Positions 11,787-21,420 of a stretch of DNA of 64,000 nt are shown here, in pieces; position 1 is the first letter of the stretch, and every line of letters begins with the position of its first letter. Where the stretch lies: assembly GCA_913043255.1 (NCBI GenBank), contig CAJWLK010000001.1:407045-471044 (forward strand), read 5' to 3'. The notes below the pieces were generated by a model, which was not told the DNA's origin, did not search any database, and saw only the letters and a list, made by a program, of their open reading frames with translations. Made by a program: the position numbers and the translations under genes. This stretch comes from an uncultured Gemmatimonadota bacterium (GTDB lineage: Bacteria; Gemmatimonadota; Gemmatimonadetes; Palauibacterales; Palauibacteraceae).

Positions 11787-12872
11787 GTGAAAGAACCGAT
11801 CGTTGAACTTTTAGGCATATCACCCGAAGACGCTCGAGCTTCATTGCGCGCCTTTTTCAAGGCCCGCAATGAAGCGGAATTTCGAACGAAACAGGTAGAA
11901 GAATGGCTCTTTGACCGACACGCTCGAAGTTTCAACGAGATGACAAATTTACCGTCAAATCTACAAGTTGAACTGGGCAATGAATTCTCGTTGACGGAAC
12001 TAGAGTCTACCTACGTTGCCCGTTCTTCGGACGGCACGGTCAAACACCTCTGGCGCCTGGATGATGGAGAAAGAGTAGAGTCTGTACTCATTCCAACAAA
12101 GGATCGTCTCACCCTGTGTCTTTCCTCTCAAGTCGGCTGCGCGCTTGGATGCCAGTTCTGCGCAACAGGGCACTTTGGATTCCGTCGACAACTTCGTCCG
12201 GCAGAGATTGTGGCCCAGTACAGTAACTCCAGTCGAGTAGCTCTCCACGACTTTGAACGCCCAATTACAAATATTGTTTACATGGGGATGGGAGAACCAC
12301 TTGCCAATCTGGATTCAGTCATCAATTCCTTGAACACCTTACATCGCGGGTTCAGGAAAGGGGCGCGCCGTATCACGATCTCAACTGTAGGGTTAGTACC
12401 GGGAATCTTAAAACTCGCTCAACGACCCGAACCTTTTGAGCTTGCAATCTCTCTACATGCACCGCTGCATGAACTCCGGCTTGAACTAATGCCGATCGAG
12501 AAGCGGTATCCCCTACCGGACTTGTTCGAGGCCTTGCGCTCCTTTCAGAGACAGAAGAAACGTCGCATCAGCTTCGAATATACGCTCATTGATGGGGTCA
12601 ACGACGAACCCAAGTTAGCAAGAGCGCTCGCCGATATCGCACGAGGGCTCACATGCTTCGTAAACCTTATTCCATTCAATCCAATCCCAGCAATTTCAGA
12701 GTGGCGGGCAAGCTCGCCTTCCAAAATCGCGCGGTTCTCTGAAGTCCTCACTGAGAGGGGGATTCAAAACGCAGTTCGAAGACCTCGCGGGAGGGACATA
12801 GCAGCAGCTTGTGGACAACTTCGACTCGCACGAAAAGCCGCGGTCAGTGTCAACAAAAAAGAGGGCTTATAA
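11787..12872 (+). CDS. rlmN: 23S rRNA m2A2503 / tRNA m2A37 methyltransferase RlmN (radical SAM), GTG start
   Basis: CxxxCxxC radical-SAM cluster (CALGCQFCATG) and conserved RlmN C-terminal Cys. Confidence 0.9.
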   Translation: MKEPIVELLGISPEDARASLRAFFKARNEAEFRTKQVEEWLFDRHARSFNEMTNLPSNLQVELGNEFSLTELESTYVARSSDGTVKHLWRLDDGERVESVLIPTKDRLTLCLSSQVGCALGCQFCATGHFGFRRQLRPAEIVAQYSNSSRVALHDFERPITNIVYMGMGEPLANLDSVINSLNTLHRGFRKGARRITISTVGLVPGILKLAQRPEPFELAISLHAPLHELRLELMPIEKRYPLPDLFEALRSFQRQKKRRISFEYTLIDGVNDEPKLARALADIARGLTCFVNLIPFNPIPAISEWRASSPSKIARFSEVLTERGIQNAVRRPRGRDIAAACGQLRLARKAAVSVNKKEGL

Positions 12873-12916
12873 TAACTTCTACCCAAACAAGATTGAGCCG
12901 AGGTCGAGAGTCGCGC

Positions 12917-13474
12917 CTATTTGGGAGGTCGGATCTTCGGCCAGTCATGCCCCACAATGATGGTTGCGTCGAGAAAACGATCGACATCTAACGCCACGGC
13001 CACCGAATCAACCCCAATCTTATCGGCGACTTCTCGCCCTGAACCTGTCCGATTTGAGCGTTCCACGATGTGCGTTGCCTGGTAATTGAAGTGATCTGCG
13101 TTTTCAATTCCCACCACATCGAATCCCAAATCCAAGAGCCTGATGCTGACCGTTTGTGCCAGTCCCCGCACGCCGGTCCCGTTCAACACCTCCACCTTGA
13201 TCCGCTCATCAACTGGTGGAGGTAGGCCTAGGTTCTGAAAGTCGTCGTCCGGGGAAACATTTGGTCTAAACCAGTCCCCCAAGGGAGAGTCCTCCCCCGC
13301 CAAAGACGTACCGATAAGGACTCCCGCCCCAACCAGCATTAGCGTGGTGAATATTCCCTGAACAAAAGAGACAACTCTGCGGACACCTGTTTGCGCCTTG
13401 TTCTTGGCGACACGACTTGATTTACTGGACCGTACTCGCGCCCTCTTGGCCACCCGTCGTCCTCCCCCCTCCAC
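12917..13474 (-). CDS. LytR C-terminal (LytR_C) domain membrane protein
   Basis: Basic N-terminus, single TM helix, LytR_C-like domain (VEVLNGTGVRGLA). Confidence 0.6.
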   Translation of the reverse strand: MEGGGRRVAKRARVRSSKSSRVAKNKAQTGVRRVVSFVQGIFTTLMLVGAGVLIGTSLAGEDSPLGDWFRPNVSPDDDFQNLGLPPPVDERIKVEVLNGTGVRGLAQTVSIRLLDLGFDVVGIENADHFNYQATHIVERSNRTGSGREVADKIGVDSVAVALDVDRFLDATIIVGHDWPKIRPPK

Positions 13475-13540
13475 GTCCCACAGCGCTCGGCCTGGCTACA
13501 CACGATTTGATACTTTAGCAGCGTCTGCGCAACCCCTGTC

Positions 13541-14134
13541 CTATTTAAAGCCATCAGTAATGCAACGCCAAAACTCCACCGTAACCTGTGGAATAGGTAA
13601 CCGACGTTCCAAGAGCTTCATGATTTTCGAAGCCGCCACTTCCTCCAATACCGCATGCCAATCCACGGGCATACGTCGTCTCCACTCTGCACGTTTTCGG
13701 ACGATCTTACGGCGCCCGGGCTCAAGATAATCGGCGATAAATAGGGCCTGACCAAGACTGCCAAAACTGGGGTGCCCCGTCGTATGATAAGCAATGGCCT
13801 GGAGGAGTCTTTCGTCTTCGACACCCGATTTCCTGAGGCGTGAAGCGCAGGCCGGACCATGAAGAAGAGGATCTGACCAAACGTCCGAGTTCCCCACTTC
13901 TCTGCGCAGGATATTCGGGTCAACACCTTTTAGTGCATCGTGTAGGATTCCTGCCGCCCGCCACCGTGCTTGCGTATTTTTCTCAAGTTTAAGTGCTCTA
14001 CTCCAATTCCCTAGGAGTCGTCCTACACTTTCGACATGGCTACGACGAGCATCACTAACCACGGCCCAAGAAGGGAGGGTGTAGTCGTAAGCAGCATCAT
14101 GAATAATCGGATGAATTTTTGCTAAATTTGCCAA
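13541..14134 (-). CDS. yqeK: HD-domain bis(5'-nucleosyl)-tetraphosphatase YqeK
   Basis: HD motif (GILHDALK) and YqeK-like C-terminal region (AIAYHTTGHP...FIADYLEPGR). Confidence 0.75.
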   Translation of the reverse strand: MANLAKIHPIIHDAAYDYTLPSWAVVSDARRSHVESVGRLLGNWSRALKLEKNTQARWRAAGILHDALKGVDPNILRREVGNSDVWSDPLLHGPACASRLRKSGVEDERLLQAIAYHTTGHPSFGSLGQALFIADYLEPGRRKIVRKRAEWRRRMPVDWHAVLEEVAASKIMKLLERRLPIPQVTVEFWRCITDGFK

Positions 14135-14301
14135 AGCAGATCAGATCCGGAAATCAAGGTTTATCAGGTAGGCGAGATCCTCACAATATAAGCTCAATAC
14201 CCGCTGTTTTGATCCAGTAATCACCCTGACCCTTCCTCTCAAATCAGGAGATGGCGGGGGAACGGAACTCGAATCTCTTCGTGTGGACAAGGTGAATAAC
14301 T

Positions 14302-14778
14302 TCAGGAGCCTTCTGCCGTAAAATCGCTTCTATTATGCATGCCATCACAAAATGGCTTGTTCTTTGAAGCACCACAGCGACAGAGGGCTGGCCTAGAGAA
14401 TTGGTGTATTTGGCCATCGGGTTTTCCACATTCAATCCTAGCAACCCCATCCAAAAGCAGTGGACCATTTTCAAACAAGGTAACCGCGACGGTTGCAGAC
14501 TTCAGGCTCGAACCATCGTCCACCGCATTGGCAATATCAATAGACTCAGAGGGGTCCTCAAAATCTATTTCCTTATGGGCACCGTCACAGAAAGGCTTGT
14601 TCTTTGAGGCACCACACCGGCACAAAAACACACGAGTTTCGGCCACCGGTTCGTCACCTCCAGGGATACCGATCCGAAGATCTCCCGTGACGAGGAGAGG
14701 ACCATCCGAGTGTACATGCACAGTGCATGCTTTGAGTAACTCTTCTTGTCCATCATCCGCAGGGCTAAAATCTGCCAT
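14302..14778 (-). CDS. Tandem CDGSH iron-sulfur domain protein (mitoNEET-like)
   Basis: Two copies of CRCGASKNKPFCDG(A/M)H. Confidence 0.85.
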   Translation of the reverse strand: MADFSPADDGQEELLKACTVHVHSDGPLLVTGDLRIGIPGGDEPVAETRVFLCRCGASKNKPFCDGAHKEIDFEDPSESIDIANAVDDGSSLKSATVAVTLFENGPLLLDGVARIECGKPDGQIHQFSRPALCRCGASKNKPFCDGMHNRSDFTAEGS

Positions 14779-14787
14779 GCTGAATCC

Positions 14788-15561
14788 TTAAGCTATGCTG
14801 TGAATGGCTTCTGCCAGCGAACTGGCCAATTCTCCAAAAGATGTTTCACTCTCCTTTAACGCCGCGATCAAGGCCGATCCCACAACAACACCGTCTGCGA
14901 CTTTAGCCACGGCAGAGGCTTGCTCAGGAGTCGATATTCCAAACCCTACGGCAACAGGAAGTCTGACGAGTTGCCTAAGTTCACGGACCTTATCCGTGAG
15001 CCCTGGCTCGAGCATCTCACTCGCCCCTGTGACCCCCAGCCTGGAAATATAATAGAGGAAACCAGAAGCACGTCCCAAGATCGTCTCTAACCTGTCGTTT
15101 GTAGTCGTAGGCGCGGTGAGCGGGATTAGGTCTAGGCTGCCTGATGCTAGCCGATTTTCAAGCTCCGGATGCGAGTTCACCGGAAGGTCGGTGACTAATA
15201 ACCCAGCAGCCCCCACTGCTTGAGCCCGTTCTAAAAACTGCTCAATACCCATTCGTAGGATTGGGTTCAGATACGAAAAAATGACTACCGGCGGCAGATC
15301 TTCAGCGACCTCTCCCAGTTGATCAAGAACTGATTCGACCGTGACGCCTTGCTCTAGCGCTTGCCAACTCGAAGCCTGAATCGTTGGTCCGTCGGCTAGA
15401 GGATCACTAAAGGGAACCCCAAGTTCGATTACATCGGCTCCGGCATCAGCAAGCGACTTTAAAAGTCGCGGTGTGTCCTCCGGAGTCGGAAAGCCGCTCG
15501 ACAGAAATGGGATAAACGCAGGCCCACCGATAAAAGCATCTTCTATCCGAGAATTAGGCAT
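14788..15561 (-). CDS. trpA: Tryptophan synthase alpha subunit
   Basis: TrpA N-terminal consensus (AFIPFLSSGFPT) and length. Confidence 0.92.
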   Translation of the reverse strand: MPNSRIEDAFIGGPAFIPFLSSGFPTPEDTPRLLKSLADAGADVIELGVPFSDPLADGPTIQASSWQALEQGVTVESVLDQLGEVAEDLPPVVIFSYLNPILRMGIEQFLERAQAVGAAGLLVTDLPVNSHPELENRLASGSLDLIPLTAPTTTNDRLETILGRASGFLYYISRLGVTGASEMLEPGLTDKVRELRQLVRLPVAVGFGISTPEQASAVAKVADGVVVGSALIAALKESETSFGELASSLAEAIHSIA

Positions 15562-15578
15562 TATGTGGTGTCAGTCTG

Positions 15579-16289
15579 CTAACGCCGTGACATAAAGAGC
15601 CGGAGCACGTACCAAAACATCAGCGCTACAGAAGCGAACAACTGCAATGCAGCCGATACGTGTCGGTCGTCTGGATAGTGGAGCAGGATCTTAGACGTAT
15701 CGAAAAGGATCGCAGCACCAGCGAGCCCAATCATAGCGACAGAGAACCAAGTCCCAAGCTCAAAGCCGAATAATACGCCGGCCACAATCGCTACTAACGC
15801 AATCACCATACCAAAGCCAACGATTCCTCGTAGAAAAGAGAAATCTTTACGCGTGACAAAAACAACAGCGGTGAGTCCGCCAAAACCAAGCAGTGTCACG
15901 ACGGCAGCGCTCGAGATGGCCCCTGGCGCATAGGAGAATGCTAAGAAAAGAAGCGGACAAAAGATCAGTGCTTCAGCCACGATAAACCCACCTAGTGCCC
16001 CGTACTGTGCCATCTTGCTGTCGGCTTGAGCCGCGATCCGGGTAGCGAGCCAACTCACAACGACAAAGCCACCCAACACAAGTAGCCAGTTCACGCCGAG
16101 CATTGAGAGCGCGATCCTCTGTGCTACACCACTCCGGAATAGCATCACCTCAATCAACGTGAATATCGCAATCGAACCGAACAAATGACTGTAGGTTCGA
16201 GCTAAAAACTCAGCTCGATCCGCACTCAACGCAGAATGTGTTCGGGGTGCTCCCCGGCTGACTTCATAGTTGGTATTCACGTTGGTCAC
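15579..16289 (-). CDS. Bax-inhibitor-1/YccA family membrane protein
   Basis: Seven predicted TM helices and BI-1-like C-terminus. Confidence 0.75.
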   Translation of the reverse strand: MTNVNTNYEVSRGAPRTHSALSADRAEFLARTYSHLFGSIAIFTLIEVMLFRSGVAQRIALSMLGVNWLLVLGGFVVVSWLATRIAAQADSKMAQYGALGGFIVAEALIFCPLLFLAFSYAPGAISSAAVVTLLGFGGLTAVVFVTRKDFSFLRGIVGFGMVIALVAIVAGVLFGFELGTWFSVAMIGLAGAAILFDTSKILLHYPDDRHVSAALQLFASVALMFWYVLRLFMSRR

Positions 16290-16415
16290 TCTACCGATTA
16301 AAGAATTGAGCTACATGCAGGCTGCTCGAAGTTAAACCTCGTGGCAAGAATTGCCAGATTCTTACCAGCGCAATCCGGTCATTATGGGATTAATAAGGAA
16401 GCCAGAGATAGAGAT

Positions 16416-17159
16416 TTAGAATATTTCAACCTCATCACCTCCCAGTGTCTGGATTCGCGCCACAAGCTTTGGGTCAGAACCTTGATCAACTTGAAGATCG
16501 AGATTTAGCACGCTGAGCATGCATCGCACGCTCGCAGGATCAGGGTGTTCGGCCCGAAGAGAAATCAACTGCCCTACGGCAGGCGACGACATACCAGGGT
16601 GTTTTGTGCTCCCCCAATCGATCAAGAATGGGACCAACCCCTGACTTGGAAATGCCATCGGATCCGTAAAGTCCCAGGCGATCTCTTCACCATTAGGCTG
16701 AGCCCGCTTCCCAGAGCGAACCTGGCCAAGTGGTACATCCTGTGCATTCGCCTTGGCAACCAGTTCTTTTAACCCACTCCCTTTGGCCGCCCATGTCACG
16801 AGCCTGGGCTTGACTAGTGTCTCGATGCCAAAGAGTAATTGTTCTGTTTCAGACTCGGAATCCGGGTCAGGACCAAGCAGTTCCACATAAGTTTCCGGGC
16901 CCAGTGATAACAGATAGTTCGCCGTGCCCCACCGTGGGTGGCGCCCTCCATAAACTGGTCTCACTCCGAAGACTTCCGTGATCCAGTCCACACCTGAGGC
17001 GAGGTTCGACACACCTATAACCAAGTGATCGAGAGATCTCGGCACCAACTGCTCCATTCCTATAGTCAAACCTTCACGTGTATCAGTCTGCCCACAGCCG
17101 AGAAAAGAAGGACCAACCATCGCGGCAGCAGAGGCAGCGAGGAAATCACGTCGCTTCAT
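16416..17159 (-). CDS. VOC (glyoxalase/bleomycin-resistance fold) protein with a Tat signal and lipobox
   Basis: N-terminal RRDFLA twin-arginine motif with FLGC lipobox; VOC-like domain. Confidence 0.6.
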   Translation of the reverse strand: MKRRDFLAASAAAMVGPSFLGCGQTDTREGLTIGMEQLVPRSLDHLVIGVSNLASGVDWITEVFGVRPVYGGRHPRWGTANYLLSLGPETYVELLGPDPDSESETEQLLFGIETLVKPRLVTWAAKGSGLKELVAKANAQDVPLGQVRSGKRAQPNGEEIAWDFTDPMAFPSQGLVPFLIDWGSTKHPGMSSPAVGQLISLRAEHPDPASVRCMLSVLNLDLQVDQGSDPKLVARIQTLGGDEVEIF

Positions 17160-17215
17160 AGGGTAACTCCAACCAAAGTCGTATGCCTAACTAAACCTCG
17201 GCAGTTGAATCAACC

Positions 17216-17749
17216 TTAACTATCTTCCAAATCAACACCCAAGCCATCAGCGATCCGATTAACAAATGCGAAGTATGCCGTGATCGCACAAATATCATGG
17301 ATTGCGCGGTCGTCAAATTCGTGAGCCTTTAGAACATTGACATCTGACACAATCACATCACCCGGTGTCAGCGTAAGCTTGGCAGCATAATCCAACATGG
17401 CTAATTCAGCCTTACTCACGCGAGCAGTCGTGTAGTCCTCGGACAACGCTCGAATAAGAGAATCGCTGTCATCCGCTTGAGCTCCAGACAAAGCGAGTAA
17501 TCGACGGAGACCCTCTCCGTGATGCACAATTCAGTAATGGCAACCATTTAGTGCCGAAACCATTACGGCAATCATTTCCCTCTGGATACGGGTGAGCGGG
17601 CTCTCTTCATGCATTAGCTCACGGTAAAGTTCATAGTGAAGTGGAGTAACACGACTGTGTACACCGTGAATTTGGATGATGTTATCGGTGTCCATCACCC
17701 TATCCTCTTCGGGAATGTCGGAGGGGTCTGTATAAGCGATGTAGGCCAA
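17216..17749 (-). CDS. AhpD-like / carboxymuconolactone-decarboxylase-family peroxidase, predicted selenoprotein. TGA at 17531..17533 is read as Sec, fusing the 72-aa and 103-aa ORFs. The start is uncertain: TTG at 17749, or ATG at 17698 with a GAGGA RBS.
   Basis: The two ORFs share a frame and are separated only by TGA-ATT. The TGA sits where the second Cys of the family CxxC...H motif belongs (NGCHY-U-IVHH). A hairpin lies 10 nt downstream. Confidence 0.7.
17504..17520 (-). promoter_or_regulatory. Candidate bacterial SECIS core hairpin (ACGGAGA-GGG-UCUCCGU) 10 nt 3' of the in-frame UGA
   Basis: 7-bp perfect stem with G-rich apical loop; spacing typical for bacterial SECIS. No covariance-model check was possible. 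Confidence 0.5.
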
Positions 17750-17806
17750 TACTAACTCTCAGTGTTTAGGAAGAAGCGACTGCAAAGTTTCTGGATGGTT
17801 AAGAAT

Positions 17807-19048
17807 TCAAGAGTCGAGCAGTCGCACCACTTCATCAACATCCTTATCACCCCTACCGCTTAGGCAAATCACAACAGTTTTATCGCACCACAGTTCAGCC
17901 TCCCTGCGAAGACCGGCAAGCGCGTGGGCACTCTCAAGTGCTGGGATGATACCCTCGAGGCAACACAGGTCTTGGAACGCGGCCAGTGCTTTATCATCGG
18001 GGACTGCTTCGTAGCGGACCTGTTCGGACTCTTTAAGCCAAGCGTGCTCAGGTCCGACGCCAGGATAATCAAGACCCGCCGAAATGGAGTGTGCGGGCAT
18101 TACTTGGCCACCCTCATCCTGGAGAAGATAACTATAATTACCATGAAGCACTCCGGGCTCACCAGATGCTATAGATGCCGAATGAAGTCCAGTCTCGATA
18201 CCGTGCCCTGCTGCTTCGATACCGACTAACTCAACCCGATCACGTTTAGAAGCCCGTCGATTGTTTTCCAAAAATGTTGTGAAAATACCGATCGCGTTTG
18301 ACCCTCCTCCGACACAAGCAAAGACAGCATCCGCTGTAATATCTCGTTCCATAAGCTGCATAACGGTCTCATCTCCAATGACGCGCTGAAAATCGCGTAC
18401 CAGAGCCGGATACGGCGCGGGACCAACTACCGAGCCAATGATGTAATGAGTCGTATCGACGTTCGTGACCCAATCTCTAATGGCCTCGTTCGTCGCATCT
18501 TTGAGAGTGCGGCTACCGCTTGCAACAGGAATCACCTCCGCACCTAACAGTTGCATCCGTTCCACATTTAATGCCTGTCGGCGCATATCCTCTTCACCCA
18601 TGTAGACGGCGCACTCAAAGTTTAGTAAGGCGCAGGCAGTGGCAGTCGCAACTCCGTGCTGACCCGCCCCTGTCTCTGCGATGATCCTCGATTTTCCCAT
18701 GCGCTTGGCAAGTAACCCTTGGCCAATTGTGTTGTTAATTTTGTGCGCGCCGGTATGGTTCAAGTCTTCACGCTTGAGCCAAAGATCCACACCTCCCAGA
18801 TGCTCTCCGAGGCGTTCGGCTTGATAGATAGGCGTAGGCCTACCCACGTAGTCCGTCAGACTCGCACCTAGCGCATCTCCAAAGGCCGGATCATTACGAG
18901 CTTCCGCCCAAGCTGTGGTTAACTCGTCAAGTGCTGGGATCAATGTCTCAGGAACGAATTGCCCTCCAAATTCACCGAACCAAACCACTTCTTTCGATCT
19001 CTGGATCGTTTGAGCCTTCTCCGAAAGTTCTTGACGTTTTTCCATCAC
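17807..19048 (-). CDS. trpB: Tryptophan synthase beta subunit
   Basis: [11 protein letters not shown] and [11 protein letters not shown] motifs. Confidence 0.95.
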   Translation of the reverse strand: MMEKRQELSEKAQTIQRSKEVVWFGEFGGQFVPETLIPALDELTTAWAEARNDPAFGDALGASLTDYVGRPTPIYQAERLGEHLGGVDLWLKREDLNHTGAHKINNTIGQGLLAKRMGKSRIIAETGAGQHGVATATACALLNFECAVYMGEEDMRRQALNVERMQLLGAEVIPVASGSRTLKDATNEAIRDWVTNVDTTHYIIGSVVGPAPYPALVRDFQRVIGDETVMQLMERDITADAVFACVGGGSNAIGIFTTFLENNRRASKRDRVELVGIEAAGHGIETGLHSASIASGEPGVLHGNYSYLLQDEGGQVMPAHSISAGLDYPGVGPEHAWLKESEQVRYEAVPDDKALAAFQDLCCLEGIIPALESAHALAGLRREAELWCDKTVVICLSGRGDKDVDEVVRLLDS

Positions 19049-19683
19049 ACTGGATCCTTTACTACACTCACAAACTGCGCAATCAGATTCGGCGACTTTA
19101 CACCCGGTGTGTCCTCTACCGCTGAAGACACATCCACAATGTCGGGGCGGACCTTCTCTATAGCCGTACAGACGTTCTTAGTGGTCAATCCCCCCGCAAG
19201 CACCAATCTAGGGCCGTTTCGGTCAAGACCTGTAAGCCAGTCATACGGAAACGTGGACCCGGTGCCTCCGGCTGCTTCCACTGAAAATCCTTCAACGAGG
19301 ATTGCATCTGAAACGGCAGCATAGCGTGCCCACGCGTCAACAAGATCCTGGCGTTTCATTGGACGAATGGCCTTCCAAACCGTAAGGCCTTCGGTACGCA
19401 GCATCTGGCAATCTGAAGGCGATTCAGACCCATGCATCTGCACAATATCGAATCCGGCCACATCTCGGTGAAGGAGAATGTCACTAGGCATAGTATCGAC
19501 AAAGACGCCTACAGCTCTCGTCCCACCATTTAAGACGGCTACTACGCGCGCAGCTTCCTCACAGGTCACACGACGTAACCGCTCTGCGAATACAACACCC
19601 GCGTACTCCGCACCAGCACGGCACGCTGCCCGAGCAGATTCAACTGTCTTAAGCCCACAGATCTTCACTTCAATACCGCTCAT
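19045..19683 (-). CDS. trpF: Phosphoribosylanthranilate isomerase
   Basis: VKICGL N-terminus, ~210 aa; overlaps trpB and trpC by 4 nt. Confidence 0.88.
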   Translation of the reverse strand: MSGIEVKICGLKTVESARAACRAGAEYAGVVFAERLRRVTCEEAARVVAVLNGGTRAVGVFVDTMPSDILLHRDVAGFDIVQMHGSESPSDCQMLRTEGLTVWKAIRPMKRQDLVDAWARYAAVSDAILVEGFSVEAAGGTGSTFPYDWLTGLDRNGPRLVLAGGLTTKNVCTAIEKVRPDIVDVSSAVEDTPGVKSPNLIAQFVSVVKDPV

Positions 19684-20516
19684 ACGGTATCGTTCCTGAG
19701 TGCTGACGGTTCCATCTCGCCACTCCTCGGGCGACGGGGGTGTCCGACGAGTGACTCGACCCCAGATTGTGGATCACCTTTCATAAGCCAACCACCAACT
19801 AAAATAGCATCCGCTCCCGCCGAGCCAGCTGCCACTGCATCTTCCGGCGAGCCAATTCCACTTTCAGCAACGGCTACAACCGACGACGGTAGACTTTCGA
19901 TCAACCGAAGAGCCTGTTCGAAATCGACTTTGAAACTCGCAAGATCACGCGCATTTACGCCGATGAGGCGAGCTCCACATTCCAATGCTTTATCAATATC
20001 GCTTTCGTCGTGAGCCTCAACGAGCGCAGCAAGCCCAAGCTCACTCGACAGGTCAAGCAGCTCACGCATTCGATTGTCTGTGAGTGCTCGCGAAATAAGG
20101 AGAATGGCATCAGCCCCAGCCGCGCGAGCCTCATATAGCTGGACCGTATCGAGTATGAAATCTTTCCTGAGGAGTGGAACTCCTACAGCTTCACGTGCCG
20201 ACCGGAGATCTTCAAGTGAACCGCCGAAATAGGTCTCATCGGTAAGGATTGAAATGGCTGCGGCCCCTCCAGCCTCATACACAGAAGCCTGCCCAGCCAC
20301 TTGAGCGTAAGGATTAATGTCCCCAGCCGACGGTGACCGGCGCTTGAACTCAGCGATGACTGAGACTTCAGACGGTCGCTGGAGGGCTACTTCAAAGCCC
20401 CGTAATGGCGGAGCCTTAACAACCTGTGCTTCTAGTGCCTTACTAAATAAAGCCAGGCTCGTAATCTCATCACGCTTCGTCCTGAGTATCTCTTCAAGAA
20501 TAGTTTGCTTTGCCAT
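19680..20516 (-). CDS. trpC: Indole-3-glycerol-phosphate synthase
   Basis: ILEEILRTKRDEI N-terminus and conserved barrel motifs. Confidence 0.9.
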   Translation of the reverse strand: MAKQTILEEILRTKRDEITSLALFSKALEAQVVKAPPLRGFEVALQRPSEVSVIAEFKRRSPSAGDINPYAQVAGQASVYEAGGAAAISILTDETYFGGSLEDLRSAREAVGVPLLRKDFILDTVQLYEARAAGADAILLISRALTDNRMRELLDLSSELGLAALVEAHDESDIDKALECGARLIGVNARDLASFKVDFEQALRLIESLPSSVVAVAESGIGSPEDAVAAGSAGADAILVGGWLMKGDPQSGVESLVGHPRRPRSGEMEPSALRNDTV

Positions 20517-20656
20517 CTATCAAAGCTGCGACTTGAAGCATTCGAAGTCCACTGTAACCAGTTGCGATTCGGCTCTTATTCGGGTATGTTCGGTTCGCAT
20601 TCGGTCCGCAACAGAAGACCACGGCAGGCGATTTCGACTTTTCTCGGCGAGGAGAT

Positions 20657-21265
20657 ATGGCTCTCACAAAGCGGCAACGCGAGATGTTGGACTTTATTGA
20701 GGGATTTGTTCGCTTTCGGGGATACTCTCCCAGCTTTGAAGAGATTGCGCAAAGCTTCGGTTATCGATCATTAGCCACTGTGCATGAACATCTGAGTAAT
20801 CTCCAGGCAAAAGGTTACATCAGGAAAAACTATAATGAAAGCCGCTCGATTGAACTTGTCGATGGCGAACTTCGAGTGGCCGCGGTTGAACTCCCCTTAC
20901 ATGGAAATGTCGCTGCAGGGATGCCAATCGAAGCCATTGAGGACAATGAATCGATTGCCGTTCCGGAAGATATGATCTCGGGATCATTAAACGAGCATTA
21001 CGTCCTGCGAGTCCGAGGAAGTTCCATGATCGAGGAGCAGATCCGCGACGGTGACTATGTGATTGTGCAGTCTCGGAATACGGCCCATAACGGAGAGATG
21101 GTGATTGCGCTTGTTGATGGTGAAAACGCGACGATGAAGAAGTTCTACCGCGAAGAGAATGAAATTCGCCTACAACCGGCGAATTCAACTCTCACTCCCA
21201 TGTATTTTGACCCGAGCAGAATTATGATTCAAGGTGTGGTGATTGGAGTGATCCGACGCTACTAG
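20657..21265 (+). CDS. lexA: LexA repressor (S24 peptidase)
   Basis: Winged-helix N-terminus (LTKRQREMLDFI), Ala-Gly cleavage site and Ser/Lys dyad region. Confidence 0.92.
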   Translation: MALTKRQREMLDFIEGFVRFRGYSPSFEEIAQSFGYRSLATVHEHLSNLQAKGYIRKNYNESRSIELVDGELRVAAVELPLHGNVAAGMPIEAIEDNESIAVPEDMISGSLNEHYVLRVRGSSMIEEQIRDGDYVIVQSRNTAHNGEMVIALVDGENATMKKFYREENEIRLQPANSTLTPMYFDPSRIMIQGVVIGVIRRY

Positions 21266-21420
21266 CAGGACGTCATTTTGACGGAGGACCGCTCTCAATT
21301 ACCAGAGAGTCAACGCCCTGACGGCCACCCACCTCCTACCTTTTTTAACCGTCGGGGCGGAGGTTCCCGTTTCTTTGTCTCCTAGCAACTACACCACCAG
21401 AGGCGAAGAGCACCTCTGGA

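Noticed and set aside
17216-17749. Reading the TGA-separated pair as a pseudogene or as two independent small genes
   Set aside because: The stop codon falls exactly on the conserved redox Cys position of the family motif, with a correctly spaced downstream hairpin. That pattern is characteristic of Sec recoding rather than random decay. A sequencing error cannot be excluded without reads.
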